This document shows positions 1-9,621 of a stretch of DNA of 64,000 bases, in pieces (positions within the stretch are counted from its first letter, which is position 1; every line of letters begins with the position of its first letter). The DNA is from Candidatus Latescibacterota bacterium (GTDB taxonomy: Bacteria; Latescibacterota; UBA2968; GCA-2709665). The notes beneath the pieces were generated by a model. That model was not told the DNA's origin, did not search any database, and worked only from the letters and a program-made list of their open reading frames with translations. The position numbers were made by a program, and so were the translations under genes. The stretch is from positions 5,152,001 to 5,216,000 of the forward strand of contig OZ252100.1 of the NCBI GenBank assembly GCA_965248435.1, in the 5' to 3' direction.

Positions 1-150
1 GTCGACGACGTGGTGACGACCGGGTCGACTTCGAACGCGTGCACGGACGCGCTTCTTGAAGCCGGGGCAAGGGAGGTCTTTGTCGCGGCAGCCGCCTGTC
101 CCTATTTCGATGAGGGTGATTGTCCTGGCGCCTCGGACAACCGGATATAG
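1..150 (+). CDS. ComF-family phosphoribosyltransferase-like protein, 3' end (partial)
   Basis: Frame 1 reads VDDVVTTGSTSNACTDALLEAGAREV..., the PRPP-binding DDVxTTG motif and C-terminal pattern of ComF; stop TAG at 148-150. Confidence 0.8.
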   Translation, partial: VDDVVTTGSTSNACTDALLEAGAREVFVAAAACPYFDEGDCPGASDNRI

Positions 151-304
151 ATCTTGACAGGCAATCCGGGATACGTATACATATACGCACGCTGCGGCAG
201 GCGCACGACAGTTCGGGTTTGGGTTCACGCTTCGTTCCGATGTCCGCGTGCGTGGCTGACTCGCGGATGGGTCACGCGTGGTCTCACGAATCAGGGAGGT
301 CGAT

Positions 305-1501
305 CTGGCAAAGGTCGCGATTACGGACGTGGAGTTGAAGGATGAGCGGGTACTCGTCCGCGTGGACTTCAACGTTCCGCTGGACAGCGGGGGCGTGGCC
401 GATGATACCCGGTTGAGGGCCGCCCTGCCGACGATCGAGTACATCGTGGAGCAGGACGGTCTGCCGGTGTTGATGTCGCACCTGGGTCGCCCCGGCGGTG
501 AGCGTGACCCGAGGCTTTCTCTCAAGCCTGTGGCGGAGCGCCTCGAAGCGCTCGTGGGGCGGGACGTGATCCTGACGAAAGACTGCGTCGGTCCGGAGGT
601 AGAGGCGGCCGTAAAAGGGGCGCGCAAGGGCACCGTGGTCCTTCTGGAAAACCTCAGGTTTCACGCGGAAGAGGAGAGCAACGATCCGGAGTTCGCGCGT
701 CAGCTCGCGTTGATGGGCACGGTCTATGTGAACGACGCGTTCGGAACCGCCCATCGCGCCCACGCTTCGACAGAGGGCGTGGTCCACTATTTCGCGAACT
801 GCGCGGCAGGGTTCCTGATGCAGAAAGAGCTGAGCTACCTGGGCGACGCGCTGGCCGATCCCAGGCCGCCGTTCGTGGCCGTGATGGGGGGCGCGAAGGT
901 GTCTGGAAAGATCGATGTGATCCAGAACCTGATGCCGCGCGTAGACACGCTCCTGATTGGCGGCGGGATGGCGTTTACGTTCTTCGAGGCGATGGGGTTG
1001 GAGATCGGCCGGTCGCTTCTGGAGGAGGATCGAGTCGAAGTGGCCGGATACCTTCTCAAACGCGCGGAACAGGAAGAGACCGAGCTTCTGCTGCCGGTCG
1101 ACTGCGTAGCGACGACCGAAATCAAGGAAGGCGCAGCATCCCGCGTCGTTCCACGGGATCAGTTGCCGGCGGACCTCGAGGGCGTAGACATCGGTCCGGA
1201 GACGCGCGCGATCTTCTCGGACAAGATCAAGGAATGTGGGACCGCCGTCTGGAACGGCCCGATGGGTGTGTTCGAGATCGATGCTTTTGCAGAGGGAACG
1301 AAGGCCGTTGCCGCCGCGTTCGCGGACGCGACCTCACGGGGTGCGACGACGATCGTGGGTGGGGGCGAGACTGCCGCCGCCGTCGCCGAGTACGGCCTTG
1401 CCGAGAAAATGAGTCACGTTTCCACGGGCGGCGGGGCCTCGCTGGAGTTTATGGAAGGGAAGGAGCTTCCTGGAGTGGCTGCTTTGCCGGATGAGGAATG
1501 A
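305..1501 (+). CDS. pgk: Phosphoglycerate kinase
   Basis: RVDFNVP, SHLGRP, LLENLRF, NDAFGTAHRAH, VWNGPMGVFE, STGGGASLE motifs; GGAGGT RBS directly before CTG at 305 (ORF track starts at 278). Confidence 0.97.
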   Translation: MAKVAITDVELKDERVLVRVDFNVPLDSGGVADDTRLRAALPTIEYIVEQDGLPVLMSHLGRPGGERDPRLSLKPVAERLEALVGRDVILTKDCVGPEVEAAVKGARKGTVVLLENLRFHAEEESNDPEFARQLALMGTVYVNDAFGTAHRAHASTEGVVHYFANCAAGFLMQKELSYLGDALADPRPPFVAVMGGAKVSGKIDVIQNLMPRVDTLLIGGGMAFTFFEAMGLEIGRSLLEEDRVEVAGYLLKRAEQEETELLLPVDCVATTEIKEGAASRVVPRDQLPADLEGVDIGPETRAIFSDKIKECGTAVWNGPMGVFEIDAFAEGTKAVAAAFADATSRGATTIVGGGETAAAVAEYGLAEKMSHVSTGGGASLEFMEGKELPGVAALPDEE

Positions 1502-1667
1502 ACGTGAATCGTGGATCGTTGGTCGTGGTTTTTGTAGAGACGCCCCGGTGGGGCGTCTCTATCGCGGGGTCGGGCGCCAGGGTCGGGCCGCAGCCGGTGT
1601 GTGCATCGGTCGGGGTGGGTTGTTCGCCCGTGCGAATTCCATAGAGCATTTATCGATAGTGAGCGTC

Positions 1668-2423
1668 ATGCGTAGACCGATCGTGGCTGGTAACTGGAAG
1701 ATGAACAAGGCGGGAGACGAGGCGGAGAGTCTCGCGAGGGAGGTCGCCTCTATCGTGGGCGATGTCGATGCCGTAGACGTCGTGATCTGCCCTCCTTTTC
1801 CTTCGCTGGAACGCGTGGCGCAGGTCCTCGAGGGAGAGCGCGTGATGCTCGGTGCGCAACACGTCCATTGGGAAGCAGAAGGCGCGTTCACAGGCGAGGT
1901 TTCGCCGGGCATGTTGTTGACTTGCGGTTGTCGTTGGGTTATATTAGGACATTCTGAACGTCGCACTCTGTTCGGCGAGACGGACGAAACCGTTAACCGC
2001 CGATTGAGGGCGACTATTTCGTCCGGGCTTTACCCGATCGTCTGCGTGGGTGAGCGCCTGGAGGAGCGAAAGTCGGGACAGACCGAAGCGAAGATCGAGG
2101 AGCAAGTCGAGGGCGCGTTTCAGGGTCTGTCCTCCGAGCAGGCCGAAGGGGTGGTGGTCGCCTACGAGCCGGTCTGGGCCATCGGGACCGGCGAAACGGC
2201 GACACCGGAACAGGCCGAAGCGGTCCATCATTTTATTCGCGAGCTTCTTGAACGGCTGTATTCATCCGAGGTTGCCGAAGCGGTTCGAATTCAGTACGGC
2301 GGTTCGGTGAAACCTGAAAATGCGGCGGACCTTTTCGCGAGGTCGGACATCGACGGCGGTTTGATCGGAGGGGCCTCACTCGAGGCCGATTCTTTCTCCG
2401 CCATCGTGAAGGCCGCCTCTTAG
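1668..2423 (+). CDS. tpiA: Triosephosphate isomerase
   Basis: VAGNWKMN, GHSERR, AYEPVWAIGTG, YGGSVK, GGASL motifs; ATG at 1668. Confidence 0.98.
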   Translation: MRRPIVAGNWKMNKAGDEAESLAREVASIVGDVDAVDVVICPPFPSLERVAQVLEGERVMLGAQHVHWEAEGAFTGEVSPGMLLTCGCRWVILGHSERRTLFGETDETVNRRLRATISSGLYPIVCVGERLEERKSGQTEAKIEEQVEGAFQGLSSEQAEGVVVAYEPVWAIGTGETATPEQAEAVHHFIRELLERLYSSEVAEAVRIQYGGSVKPENAADLFARSDIDGGLIGGASLEADSFSAIVKAAS

Positions 2424-2447
2424 TTCGACATCTTCTGGTAAGAGACT

Positions 2448-2825
2448 ATGGAAATCGTTCTGTTGATCATCCACATTCTGATTTGCATCATCCTCATCGT
2501 CTCGGTTCTTCTTCAGGCGAGCAAAGGGGGTGGGCTCGCGGGCGCGTTCGGCGGGAGCGGCGCTTCGGGTGCGATTCTCGGGAGCACGGGTTCCGCGTCG
2601 TTCTTGAGCAGGCTGACGACCTATCTTGGAGCCGTATTTTTTCTGACCTGCCTCGGGCTCTACTGGCTTTCATCCACCGATGTGCTTCCCGAGACGGCCG
2701 CGGAACAGGCAATCATGGGAGAGACAGGCCCCGTACCTCTTCAGGCGCTCCCTCAAACCGGTGGGAAAGGGTCAGCGGAAACGACAACACCCGCACCTGC
2801 CTCATCGGAGGAACAGCAGAGATAA
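2448..2825 (+). CDS. secG: Preprotein translocase subunit SecG
   Basis: Two TM segments flanking VLLQxxKGGGLAGAFGG; conserved tpiA-secG-tRNA-Leu order. Confidence 0.95.
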   Translation: MEIVLLIIHILICIILIVSVLLQASKGGGLAGAFGGSGASGAILGSTGSASFLSRLTTYLGAVFFLTCLGLYWLSSTDVLPETAAEQAIMGETGPVPLQALPQTGGKGSAETTTPAPASSEEQQR

Positions 2826-2842
2826 CCTGCCTGGACCTGGGT

Positions 2843-2929
2843 GCCGAAGTGGTGGAATTGGTAGACACGCTGTCTTGAGGGGGCAGTGGGGCTTGCCCCG
2901 TCGGGGTTCGAATCCCCGCTTCGGCACCA
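2843..2929 (+). tRNA. tRNA-Leu (anticodon GAG)
   Basis: GCCGAAG/CTTCGGC acceptor stem, D-loop GGAATTGGTAGAC, anticodon arm CTGTC-TTGAGGG-GGCAG, long variable arm, GTTCGAATC T-loop, encoded CCA. Confidence 0.97.
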
Positions 2930-2949
2930 ATGATAGTCGCATACATTTA

Positions 2950-3002
2950 AGGGCACTTACGCGAGCAACAGAAAGAAAAGGCGTGGGTGCCTTTTTTGTT
3001 TC
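2950..3002 (+). terminator. Probable intrinsic terminator after tRNA-Leu
   Basis: GGGCACTTACGC...GCGTGGGTGCCT imperfect stem followed by a T-run. Confidence 0.6.
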
Positions 3003-3394
3003 CCAAGATGCCGTCTCCATCATGTCTCCATCGGTAGGAGACGATCATATGCTGTCAGGGTTGGGGGATCTCGACGCCCTGCCAAACGGGATAGGATGTC
3101 CTATACTTGCATTTGCTTGATGATGCGGGAGGGCAACTGAGTGGGATCCTAATAGGAGGAAAGCCAAACAAAAGAAACTTGAGTAGCCAGCAAACTATTT
3201 TTAGACGATCCGCCGTAAAAGGAAGGGGAAAACTGACTAAGGTCACCCCTTCCTTATTTTTTTGCAAGGCCACAACTTTAGTAATGTTTACCGTAGGCAT
3301 CATTAGGACCATGTTTTTCGTTGATCAAGTCCATGAGAAGATCAGTCGCTTTTCTTATGCGGGAATCGATCATCATAACATCGGTCCTTTCTTA

Positions 3395-4906
3395 TCACGT
3401 AGATGTTGAATCGTGCTTCAATCCGCGGAGCAGACTGACTCCCAGGAGCAGCAATATCAGGGCGAAGGGCAGGCCGGTGGTGACGACACCGGTTTGCAAC
3501 GCCTTTAAACCCCCACCCAGCAGGAGCACGGAGGCGACGATCCCTTCCATTGAAGCCCAGAAGATGCGCTGGACCGTGGGCGGGTTGGGATAGCCGCCCG
3601 CCGTGATGATATCCACCACCAGCGAGGCGGAATCGGACGAAGTGACGAAGAAGATCGTGATGGCGACCACGGACAGAGCAGAGGTGATGGCGGCCAACGG
3701 AAATTGGTCGAGCAGCTTAAAGAGCGCTGTAGCGACATTAGCATTCACCGCCTCGACCACTCCCCCTTGCCCCGAAAGCTCCTGGAAGAGCGCCGTGTTG
3801 CCGAAGACGGTCAGCCACACAAAGGTCAGGAGTGTCGGCACCAGCAGGACACCGAGGAGAAACTCGCGGATGGTGCGCCCCTTTGAAATGCGCGCGATAA
3901 AGATGCCGACGAATGGCGCCCAGGCGATCCACCAGGCCCAGTAGAAAATGGTCCATCCGTGCTGCCACTCCGTGCCGCTATAGGCTTCGGTCCACAAACT
4001 CAAACGGGGCAGATTTGTCAAATAAGCACCCATGTTCTGCACCAGGGCGTCCAGCAGGCGCAGCGTAGGTCCGACGATAAATACGAAGGAGAGCAGCAAA
4101 AGGGCGATGATCATGTTGAGTTGGCTGAGCCGCCGGATGCCCTTGTCGAGCCCGAGGACGACCGATATCGTCGCCAGAAGTGTGATTCCCCCGATCAGGA
4201 CGACCTGCTGTGTCGAACCCTGCCCTAATTCAAAGAGGTAGTCGAGGCCGGCGTTTATCTGTTGGGCACCGAGGCCCAGGGATGTAGCCAGACCGAAGAG
4301 CGTGGCCACCGCCGCGAGGATATCGATCAGGTTGCCCAGACTACCATGAATGCGTTCGCCCAGCAGCGGATAGAACACCGAACGGATGGTCAGGGGTAGC
4401 CCGCGGTTAAACGCGAAATAAGCCAACCCCAGGGCCGTCAAACCATAGAGCGCCCAGGCGTGCACGCCCCAGTGGAAGAAGGTGATGGCCATAGAAAGCT
4501 GGGCGGCCTCGGGCGTTCGCGCTTCGCCCCAGGGCGGCGCAATAAAGTGGTGTATGGGCTCGGCGACGCTCCAGAAGACCAGGCCAATGCCCATGCCGGC
4601 GCTGAAAAGCATGGAAAACCAGCCCCAGGTGGTAAATTCGGGCCGCGCATCGGCCCCGCCCAAGCGGATCTCGCCGTAGCGGCTGAAAAGTAGATAGATG
4701 ACAATGCCCAGATAGACGTTGACCGTAGCGACGAAGAGCCAGCCGGCGCTCGATGTGATCGCGGCCTGGACTGCGGTGAAGACCGCGCTCATCTGCTCCA
4801 GGTAGAACAGACTGAAGGCGACGAAAAGGACGATCAAGCTCGTCGAAGTCCAGAATACAGTAGGGTGAATTTCCAGTTTCAGGCGATTGCGTACAGGTTT
4901 ATCCAA
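3395..4906 (-). CDS. BCCT-family (betaine/choline/carnitine) transporter
   Basis: WFSMLFSAGMGIGLVFW, FHWGVHAW, WTIFYWAWWIAWAPFVG, SSDSAS motifs; multiple TM helices. Confidence 0.95.
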   Translation of the reverse strand: MDKPVRNRLKLEIHPTVFWTSTSLIVLFVAFSLFYLEQMSAVFTAVQAAITSSAGWLFVATVNVYLGIVIYLLFSRYGEIRLGGADARPEFTTWGWFSMLFSAGMGIGLVFWSVAEPIHHFIAPPWGEARTPEAAQLSMAITFFHWGVHAWALYGLTALGLAYFAFNRGLPLTIRSVFYPLLGERIHGSLGNLIDILAAVATLFGLATSLGLGAQQINAGLDYLFELGQGSTQQVVLIGGITLLATISVVLGLDKGIRRLSQLNMIIALLLLSFVFIVGPTLRLLDALVQNMGAYLTNLPRLSLWTEAYSGTEWQHGWTIFYWAWWIAWAPFVGIFIARISKGRTIREFLLGVLLVPTLLTFVWLTVFGNTALFQELSGQGGVVEAVNANVATALFKLLDQFPLAAITSALSVVAITIFFVTSSDSASLVVDIITAGGYPNPPTVQRIFWASMEGIVASVLLLGGGLKALQTGVVTTGLPFALILLLLGVSLLRGLKHDSTST

Positions 4907-4934
4907 GACAGGTCTCCGATCGTCCGGGTTAAAT

Positions 4935-5771
4935 TCAAGATTTGACGAAGTGCTGGACGCCCCAGGTCAGGTAGCACCGCTGGCCGCCCTCGATCCAGCG
5001 CGCCAGCCCCACTTTCATGCGATCTATATAGTCATCGCTGACGACCTCTCGCAGATGCCCTTCTTTCTTTTTGGTTTCTTCCAGCACGCGCGTGTAATGG
5101 GTGATCAAATGCGGGGTGAAATCGCGGAATCCTTCGTTGCGCCAGCCAAATTTCCGGGCCTGGTCCAGGTAAAATCCAGGCGAGCCCAGCGTCTCCAGAT
5201 GGATGCGGTCGAGGATGGGTTGCAGCACCCCCTCGGGACAGTCGTCTGCCTGCATGGGATCGGTGAGGATAAACTCTCCACTCTTCTTTAACACGCGGTC
5301 CACTTCTTCGAGCACCTGTTCGCGGTGACCACTGTGCAAGATGGCGTCCTGGGACCAGACGATATCGAAAGTGCCATCCTCACAGGGGATATCTTCGAAA
5401 CTGCCATCGACGACTTCTATGTGGTCGTCCAGCCCCGCCTCGCGGTTCATTTGTCGATGGCGTTCGTTCTCCACTTCACTCAGGTTGAGCGCGGTGACGC
5501 GACACTCGTGATTAGCAGCCAGAAAGCGCGCCGCTCCACCGAATCCAGATCCAAGATCGAGCACCTGTGCAGTGGCACTGAGATTGTCGAGCTTCGCCGC
5601 CAAATGCGCCACAGTGCGGCGGCTGGCGACGGATATAGACTCATCCGAATCGGCATACATGCCAACGTGGATATCCTCGCCTCCCCATATCAAATAGTAG
5701 AAATTATCTGCGTCCTCGCTGTCGTAATACTCTCTGGCTACATCGACGGCCGGTGAATAATCGGTGGTCAT
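4935..5771 (-). CDS. Sarcosine/dimethylglycine N-methyltransferase-like SAM methyltransferase
   Basis: YYDSEDADNFY..WGGEDIHVG, VLDLGSGFGG, VWSQDAILHSG, TDPMQAD..PILDRIHL typical of SDMT. Confidence 0.88.
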   Translation of the reverse strand: MTTDYSPAVDVAREYYDSEDADNFYYLIWGGEDIHVGMYADSDESISVASRRTVAHLAAKLDNLSATAQVLDLGSGFGGAARFLAANHECRVTALNLSEVENERHRQMNREAGLDDHIEVVDGSFEDIPCEDGTFDIVWSQDAILHSGHREQVLEEVDRVLKKSGEFILTDPMQADDCPEGVLQPILDRIHLETLGSPGFYLDQARKFGWRNEGFRDFTPHLITHYTRVLEETKKKEGHLREVVSDDYIDRMKVGLARWIEGGQRCYLTWGVQHFVKS

Positions 5772-5983
5772 CTTCTATCCTCCTCAAGTTTCTTGTCGGT
5801 AGGCTTTCTTGGCAATGCGACTGAAGCGAGCCAACGGCTTTATATCACGCGTTCCTCGATGAACTTCTTGAGATCTTCCCTGGGGTGCTGATGACGAAAG
5901 GGAAGCCGTCAAAAGGGTCTAAGAGGACATTCTGGAGGTAGGAATGGACTCTCCCAGCGAACGAGAAACTGGGAGAATCCACA

Positions 5984-6054
5984 GGTAGGCTATTATTTGA
6001 TTCCGATTGCGTGGAAATTCAGTATGGCAGGCTCATTGGAGACTCCATCCCCCG
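5984..6054 (-). promoter_or_regulatory. Degenerate fluoride (crcB)-riboswitch-like leader element
   Basis: Minus strand GGGGATGGAGTCTCC resembles the crcB-motif P1; the downstream CTGAATTTCCAC / TAATAGCCTAC only partly match CUGAUGACUCCUAC. Confidence 0.3.
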
Positions 6055-6126
6055 TAACGGACACCGAATTGGCCCTATGATAAGTGCATCAACAGAAATT
6101 CACAAATGAAAAGTAAACTCACCCCA

Positions 6127-6239
6127 GTTCGAATCCCCGCTTCGGCACCAGTTAAAAAACAAAGGGTTACGTCAATTGGGCGTAACCCCTTTTTATTGCC
6201 AATTGCGCCACTGCTGCCATTTTGCTACCGTTTGGATCA
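6127..6239 (+). repeat. tRNA-Leu-linked repeat copy 1 (24 bp tRNA 3' end + terminator + arm)
   Basis: GTTCGAATCCCCGCTTCGGCACCA identical to the tRNA 3' end, then AAAGGGTTACGTC..GGCGTAACCCCTTTTT and TTGCGCCACTGCTGCCATTTTGCTACCGTTTGGATCA. Confidence 0.93.
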
Positions 6240-6256
6240 ATTGAGGGCTTAGGGGC

Positions 6257-6910
6257 ATGACGAAAATACCGCGTGGCGGCTTGGTAAGAACCGACAAGGG
6301 ATTGCGTTGCTGGTGGTGCCTTACGGACCCCCTCTACATTCGTTATCACGACCGTGAGTGGGGCCGACCTGTACGCGACGACACGCGGCTGTTTGAGAAA
6401 ATGTGTCTTGAGGGATTTCAGTCGGGTCTGAGTTGGCTGACGATTCTAAAGAAGCGCGAAAACTTTCGCGAGGCCTTCGATGGGTTTGACATTGAACGGG
6501 TCGCGCGATTCGGGAAACGGGACGTGACTCGACTGTTGAAAAATGCCGGTATTGTGCGTCACCGGGGCAAGATCGAATCGACCATCAACAACGCCAAACG
6601 CGCGCGCGAGTTGGTGGAAGAGGCAGGCTCTTTGGCGGCGTATTTTTGGCGTTTCGAGCCTGAAGCTTCGTCGCGTCCCAAACGGATGACGCTTGCGAAA
6701 ATCATGGCGATGACAAAGTCGCCAGAGTCGATTGCGTTGTCCAAAGATCTAAAAAAGCGTGGCTTTACCTTCGTGGGGCCCACCACGGCGTATGCCTTCA
6801 TGCAGGCGATGGGAATGGTGAATGACCATATTGAAGGGTGCGGAATTCGAGAGGAGGCGATCGCGGCGCGCACGAAGTTTCGTCGCCCGAGTTTCGTTGC
6901 CGACGATTAA
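6257..6910 (+). CDS. tag: DNA-3-methyladenine glycosylase I
   Basis: RCxW..YHDREWG, LEGFQSGLSW, GIVRHRGKI, GFTFVGPT, MQAMGMVNDH. Confidence 0.95.
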   Translation: MTKIPRGGLVRTDKGLRCWWCLTDPLYIRYHDREWGRPVRDDTRLFEKMCLEGFQSGLSWLTILKKRENFREAFDGFDIERVARFGKRDVTRLLKNAGIVRHRGKIESTINNAKRARELVEEAGSLAAYFWRFEPEASSRPKRMTLAKIMAMTKSPESIALSKDLKKRGFTFVGPTTAYAFMQAMGMVNDHIEGCGIREEAIAARTKFRRPSFVADD

Positions 6911-6951
6911 CCTTGTGCATAGAGGATATCCCGGAAAGAAAGGAACCCGAC

Positions 6952-8292
6952 ATGCCAAATCGCAAGACCGCTTTGATGCTGCTTGAGTTAGTTGGTTTGG
7001 CTTTTTTGGCTGTAGTTTGCAGCGATAACAAGACGTACAACGAAGCCGGGCAAAAGGCTTACGAGCAGGGCCACTACGCCGAAGCTGAAAAGCAATTTGT
7101 GGCCGCTCTCGAAGAAGCAGAAAAGGTCGGGCCTCAAGATCCTGGCCTCGCCACAAGCCTGAACAATCTGGCGGGAGTTTACAGAGCCCAGGGCAAGACT
7201 GCAGAGGCCGAGCCGCTATACAAGCGGTCACTGGCGATATTGGAAAAGGCCCTTGGGCCAGACCATCCTGTTGTGGCGGCCTCCTCGAACAATCTGGCGG
7301 GACTTTACAGAGCCCAGGGCAAGACTGCAGAGGCCGAGCCGCTATACAAGCGGTCACTGGCGATATTGGAAAAGGCCCTGGGGCCAGACCATCCTGATGT
7401 GGCGGCCTCCTTGAACAATCTGGCGGGACTTTATAGAGCCCAGGGCAAGTATGCAGAGGCCGAGCCACTATACAAGCGGTCACTGGCAATCAAGGGGAAA
7501 ACGCTTGGGCCAGACCATCCTGATGTGGCGACCTCCTTGAACAATCTGGCGGGACTTTACAGGGCCCAGGGCAAGTATGTTGAGGCCGAGCGACTAAACA
7601 AGCGGTCACTGGCGATATTGGAAAAGGCCCATGGACCAGACCACCCCTCTGTGGCGACCTCTTTGAACAATCTGGCGCTACTTTACAGAGCCCAGGGCAA
7701 GTACGCAGAGGCCGAGCCACTAAACAAGCGGTCACTGGCGATATTGGAAAAGGCCCATGGACCAGACCACCCCTCTGTAGCGACCTCCTTGAACAATCTG
7801 GCGCTGCTTTATCATGACCAGGGCAAGACTGCAGAGGCCGAGCCATTATACAAGCGGTCACTGGCGATATGGGAAAAGACCCTGGGGCCAGACCATCCTG
7901 ATGTGGCTACCTCCTTGATCAATCTGGCGGATTTTTACGGAACCCAGGGCAAGTATGCAGAGGCCGAGCGACTGAACAAGCGGGCACTGGAGATCATGGA
8001 AATGGTCCTGGGGCCAGACCATCCTGATGTGGCGATCTCCTTGAACAATCTGGCGGAACTTTACAGAGCCCGGGGCAAGTACGCAGAGGCCGAGCCACTA
8101 TACAAGCGGTCACTGGCAATACTGGAAAAGACCCTGGGACCAGACCATTCCCATGTGGCCAAAAGCCTGGAGAACTACGCTGCCCTGCTACGGAAAACGC
8201 AACGCAACTTCGAGGCGGAAGAAATGAAGGCTCGCGCAAAGGCGATCCGGGTCGAGCAAGCAATGAGAAACACATCCGTGATAAGTGAATAG
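6952..8292 (+). CDS. Tetratricopeptide-repeat protein (42-aa kinesin-light-chain-type repeats) with N-terminal hydrophobic/lipoprotein-like signal
   Basis: About 8 tandem HPxVATSLNNLAxLYxAQGKYAEAEPLYKRSLAIxEKxLGPD units (126-bp DNA repeats); LVGLAFLAVVC N-terminus. Confidence 0.92.
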   Translation: MPNRKTALMLLELVGLAFLAVVCSDNKTYNEAGQKAYEQGHYAEAEKQFVAALEEAEKVGPQDPGLATSLNNLAGVYRAQGKTAEAEPLYKRSLAILEKALGPDHPVVAASSNNLAGLYRAQGKTAEAEPLYKRSLAILEKALGPDHPDVAASLNNLAGLYRAQGKYAEAEPLYKRSLAIKGKTLGPDHPDVATSLNNLAGLYRAQGKYVEAERLNKRSLAILEKAHGPDHPSVATSLNNLALLYRAQGKYAEAEPLNKRSLAILEKAHGPDHPSVATSLNNLALLYHDQGKTAEAEPLYKRSLAIWEKTLGPDHPDVATSLINLADFYGTQGKYAEAERLNKRALEIMEMVLGPDHPDVAISLNNLAELYRARGKYAEAEPLYKRSLAILEKTLGPDHSHVAKSLENYAALLRKTQRNFEAEEMKARAKAIRVEQAMRNTSVISE

Positions 8293-8316
8293 GATAGGGG
8301 ATCGCTGGATTTGGCT

Positions 8317-8478
8317 TTGAGGGGGCAGTGTGGCACGCCCTGTCGGGGTTCGAATCCCCGCTTCGGCACCAGTTAAAAAACAAAGGGTTACGTCATCAAG
8401 ACGTAACCCCTTTTTATTGCCAATTGCGCCACTGCTGCCATTTTGCTACCGTTTGGATCACTTGATGCGAACCCAACT
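8317..8478 (+). repeat. tRNA-Leu-linked repeat copy 2 (55 bp tRNA 3' part + terminator + arm)
   Basis: Begins in the anticodon loop (TTGAGGGGGCAGT); variable arm differs from the intact tRNA; same terminator and arm as copy 1. Confidence 0.93.
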
Positions 8479-8736
8479 GCTGGGTTTTTCGCCTACAAGG
8501 GGTTTCACGAACCGGTTCGAATAGAATGTTATCGGGGGCGGAGTCTGTGTAGTTCGAAGATATACCCACTTCAGACGAGAACGTTAGTGGCCACCTGCAA
8601 AGGCAATGCTATGAACAGAGATATGGTAGAGCTAGCACAGATCGAGGATTCTTTCCGGGGGAGGTTCGAAGCCACCGTCCGGGATAGAGCGAAGCAAAAA
8701 AACGTGGTGTAACAGCTCATTAAGGAGATATCGCAA

Positions 8737-9621
8737 ATGGTCGACATTCCCTATGTGGTATCCGAGGAAGAAAAGTACTATTTCGACCTCAGAGGCTACC
8801 TGATCATCCGTAACGTGCTTTCTCCGGAAGAAATCGGTGCCTGCAACCACGCCATCGACCAGTTTACCGACCAGATTGTGCCCGGCAACGAAATCGGGGA
8901 ACTCTCCCGGGGCTCAGAGGCTCTGGCCGGCAGCGGCCGGATCGAATTGCGCGGCATGCTCGGCTGGCCCGAACCCCACCGCAGCCCTTTCCGCAACCTA
9001 CTGATCCACCCGGTCGTCGTCTCCCGCCTCAACGAATTCTCCGGCAAGGGTTTCCGCCTGGACCACGGCCCCCTCCTCATCAGCGCCAAAAAAGGCACCG
9101 AAGGCCACTGGCTCCACGGCGGCGGCGAACCCTTCAGCCCGGCCGTCTGGTACCACCAGCAAAACGGCAAAATCTACTGCCGCGGCATCACCGTCGCCTG
9201 GCAGTTGGCCGTCTGCGGTCCCGGCGACGGCGGCTTCTGCATCGTGCCGGGAAGCCACAAACTCAGCGAACCCACGCCGGAGGAAGTCCGTTTCGCAGAA
9301 GATGATATGGACCTCATTGTCCAGCCTGAAATGGATGCCGGCGACGTCCTCTTCTTTGCCGAAACCGCCACTCACGGCGCCCTGCCCTGGAAGGCTGACC
9401 ACGACCGCAGGTCCGTCCTCTACAAATACACCTCCCGGGCCGCGGCCCGGGAGGTGGGCAAGCACTTTACGCCACAAGAGCGTTACGGCGAATGGGTCAA
9501 CGAACTCACCCCCGAACAGCAGGCTGTCCTCTACGGCCCCGGCGTGCACCACGGAGGGCGGCTGCCCCTGCTGGAGTCGGATGGGAAATCAGTGCAGATC
9601 GTGGAAATGGAGACCAAATAA
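8737..9621 (+). CDS. PhyH-family Fe(II)/2-oxoglutarate dioxygenase-like protein
   Basis: FDLRGYLIIRNVLS, LHGG, GGFCIVPGSHK, AGDVLFF..HG. Confidence 0.88.
   Translation: MVDIPYVVSEEEKYYFDLRGYLIIRNVLSPEEIGACNHAIDQFTDQIVPGNEIGELSRGSEALAGSGRIELRGMLGWPEPHRSPFRNLLIHPVVVSRLNEFSGKGFRLDHGPLLISAKKGTEGHWLHGGGEPFSPAVWYHQQNGKIYCRGITVAWQLAVCGPGDGGFCIVPGSHKLSEPTPEEVRFAEDDMDLIVQPEMDAGDVLFFAETATHGALPWKADHDRRSVLYKYTSRAAAREVGKHFTPQERYGEWVNELTPEQQAVLYGPGVHHGGRLPLLESDGKSVQIVEMETK

Noticed and set aside
3290-3380. Minus-strand CTAATGATGCCTAC as a second fluoride riboswitch
   Set aside because: No matching 5' P1 and no downstream gene
5885-5915. CTGATGA..GAAA as a hammerhead ribozyme core
   Set aside because: No stem II between the motifs and no flanking stems found
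7130-8170. 126-bp tandem DNA repeats as a non-coding array; antisense ORFs 6749-8383
   Set aside because: Fully explained by TPR coding repeats on the + strand
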